Shown piece by piece: positions 61,291-64,000 of a DNA stretch of 64,000 bases (position 1 is the first letter of the stretch; every line of letters starts with the position of its first letter). This DNA comes from Mustelus asterias. Its lineage: Eukaryota. The stretch spans positions 620,001 through 684,000 of the forward strand of contig NW_027590156.1 in NCBI RefSeq assembly GCF_964213995.1, in the 5' to 3' direction. A program made the translations under genes and the position numbers. The notes below the pieces were generated by a model. The model had not been told where the DNA came from. It did not search any database and saw only the letters and a list, made by a program, of their open reading frames with translations.

Positions 61291-62754
61291 GTGTCTCGCC
61301 AGTGGCTCCGTGAGATTGATAATTGCTCAGATGACTGTTAGTGAATGGAAGCTCTCCAACTTGTCCTCCATTCGGTGTCCCTGTTGGGCGAATTGTTCCG
61401 CTTTGGAAACGGGATGTCAGGAAAAAAAATCTTCATTTTGTTATTGGAACGGAGGAGCAAGGAGTGTTGATTGATTTGGTGGATTTCCAATCAATGTTCT
61501 GTGCACATTTTCTTAGCTTTCGCATCCGAGCATTAGTGCCTGAGACTCCAGTGAGAGTCCAGAGAACGGTGGAGGCTGAGGGCCACAGAATAATTTTAAA
61601 GCTGAGTGAAACCAACATTTTAACTAAAATTTATGCCACGGTTCAAGAAGATCAAGGCAGCAAAGTGGATTTAAACGGAAGATCAGATGAACTGTAATCT
61701 GACTGAATGGTAGAGCAGATTTGCAGGCAGCCTAATTTTTGTGTTCGAATGTTCAGATATCAGTGGATGGGCTGTGAGATACTTTGCAATCTTCGTTGTT
61801 TTACTAAAGGAACAGGGAAGTCGATCAGTGAGCTCTAGTTGCCTGTTTATTGTTCCTGAGATAATGTAAAAAGTGTACTGTGGATGTTGCACTGAAACTT
61901 GACCATGCCTGAAATCAGCAGGGTTAGGATATCAAATTGTTATAGTGCAGCTAATTATGACATTGCCTTTTCTTCAAAGGTCCACTCAGGGACAACAAGA
62001 TGCACTTGGTAGTTGTGGCCCCATCTCATATAATATACTGGGAAGTGTCAACTTCAAGAACTTCCGCTGTTTCTTTTTAATCATTGTCAACATGGGGTCA
62101 CTGGAAAAGCAATTCACGGACCCAGAATGATGCTTTGGGAAAAGTAGTTCAATCCCATCATATCAACTGATTACATTTAAATTCGATTTACGAGAAAAGT
62201 AGTCAAAATTCTACCCCAGCAGCTGGTTAAGTTTAAATGTGATTAATTGATATTGAAAGCTACTCGCAATGATCGTTCCGAACGCGATCACTGCAAATCC
62301 ACCTTGTTCACGAATGCACTTTGTGGAAGGAAATCTGCCTTCCTAGCCTAGCCTGGTCTGTGTGTGACTACAGAACAACTGTAGTCACATAACTAACTCT
62401 CAAATAGCCCAGCCCGTTTCGAGGACAATTAGTGATCGACAAAATCTTGGACTTGTGACCGACACCCAATCAATATTTTTCTTTAAAAAGAGTAGTCATC
62501 ATTTGATTAATAATAATACCTAAATTACAGCAGTCAGGAGAACAGCATATTCTTTACTTTTAATTGGGAAGGAAACGCTAAGTGAAAAAGTGATATATTG
62601 ACGAGCAGAGGTCCTTCTCCCGAATCAGTAACGTTGCAGCTCAGGAAATATTCTCCTGGAGTGGAAACACAGATTCACGCCCCCACAACGCTCATAGATC
62701 CACCCGCATTTCTGATACAACCAGTGCTAAACAAGTAAATCAACAGAAATTTCT

Positions 62755-63050
62755 TCATAAAATCCCTACAGTGCCGAAGGAGGCCATTCAGCCCATTAAG
62801 CTTGCACCGACAACAGTCACACCAAGGCCCTATCCCCGTAACCCCACGTGTTAATCTCCTAATCCCCCTAACACTAAGGGACATGGCTATTCCACCTAAC
62901 CTGCACATTTTTGGACTGTGGGACGAAACGCACGCAGAGACGGGGAGAAGGTGAAAACCCCACACAGACAGTTACCCAAGGCCGGAATTGAACCTGGGCC
63001 CCCTTTGCTATGAGGCAGGAGTGCCAGCCATTGTGCCACCGTGTCGCCCA
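62755..63050 (-). mobile_element. HE1-type SINE
   Basis: tRNA head and CR1-like tail. Confidence 0.8.
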
Positions 63051-63531
63051 TTTACTAATACAGGATACATGAGGTGAGAGCAGAAAAATGGGACTGTGTG
63101 GTTACTGCCAATAGCAACGATATGCGAATGGTGCCAGAGGTTTTGTCGCCATCATTTCAAGTTGGGAGAAATATGTGACGACTGCGTCCTCTGGCGGTGA
63201 CTCAGGTTACGTGACGCTGTCCGCAAGTGCAAGGTTGTCGATGGGCCGTCTCCAGCGGGCTTTTACTGAGAGACGTGTTTTCAAACAATGCAACTATATA
63301 AATAGACGTGAGTGAAATATGAGTAATTTGAAAGCACAATGCATTCAGGGTCATTTCTGAATCTCTTCCTTTCTCTCTTTCTCACAGCTTTTGGCTTTGT
63401 ATTTCGCACTCGTAATGTCTCACTTTCCTTCAATTCTCCTTTCATACTTTTCTGATTTGTTGTCCTCTGCCCGTAATCTTAAACCGAAAACCAATTCCAG
63501 GATTTTGACGCAAGGGAGCGGCGTTACGTAG

Positions 63532-63868
63532 AGCACAGTGGTTTGCACTGCTGCTTCGCAGCTCCAGGGACCTGGGTTCGATTCCCAGCTCGGGTCACTG
63601 TCTGTGTGGAGTTTGCACATTCTCCTCGTGTCTGCGTGGGTTTCCTCCGGGTGCTCCGGTTTCCTCCCACAGTCCAAAGATGTGCGGGTTAGGTTGATTG
63701 GCCATGCTAAAAATTGCCCCTTAGTGTCCTGAGATACGGAGGTTAGAGGGATTAGCGGGTAAAATTAGCAGGGAAATGGGGTTGGGCTTTGGTGCGATTG
63801 TGGTCGGTGCAGACTCGATGGGCCAACTGGCCTCTTTCTGCACTGTAGCGTTTCTATGATTCTATGAT
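63532..63868 (+). mobile_element. HE1-type SINE
   Basis: B box GGTTCGATTCC and 3' GGTGCAGACTCGATGGGCC...TTCTATGATTCTATGA. Confidence 0.85.
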
Positions 63869-64000
63869 ATGGTTCAAAATGAGGATGGTGTGCGGCTTGA
63901 AGGGGTGTTCTCATGCAGCTGTTCCTCTTATCCTTCTAGATGGAAGAGATTCCGGGTTCGCAAGGTGCTGTCGAAGCAGGCTTGACGGATTAATATAATC

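Noticed and set aside
61345-61610. Plus-strand leader-like MEALQLVLHSVSLL with a possible acceptor at 61516
   Set aside because: Non-consensus donor, an immediate stop after splicing, and no Cys/Trp or RSS.
63532-63600. tRNA-like A/B box sequences here and in other SINE heads
   Set aside because: They continue into SINE bodies and are not standalone tRNA genes.

Overview
Vertebrate (elasmobranch/shark-like) genomic DNA, inferred from dense CR1/HER1-type LINEs and HE1-type tRNA SINEs. It lies within a T-cell receptor alpha/delta variable-segment region. Three V segments with leader exon, phase-1 intron and 23-spacer RSS are visible: a pseudogene at 0.6-1.05 kb (+), a pseudogene at 59.1-59.5 kb (+) and an intact segment at 60.7-61.2 kb (-). 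Between them lie two intact two-exon GPR139/GPR142-like class A GPCR genes (3257-5438 and 27528-35204, both +) and an orphan first exon of a third (37897-37945). The rest is mostly repeats: CR1 copies (one nearly intact, with an esterase ORF1), a Rex1/Babar-like LINE, SINEs, a solo LTR, Penelope-like fragments with hammerhead ribozyme motifs, and several minisatellites. One 56-bp array reads as repeated 12-RSS-like signals. Two assembly gaps (36410-36549, 46007-46818) limit interpretation. Most ORFs in the supplied track are repeat-derived. All coordinates and counts were read by eye.
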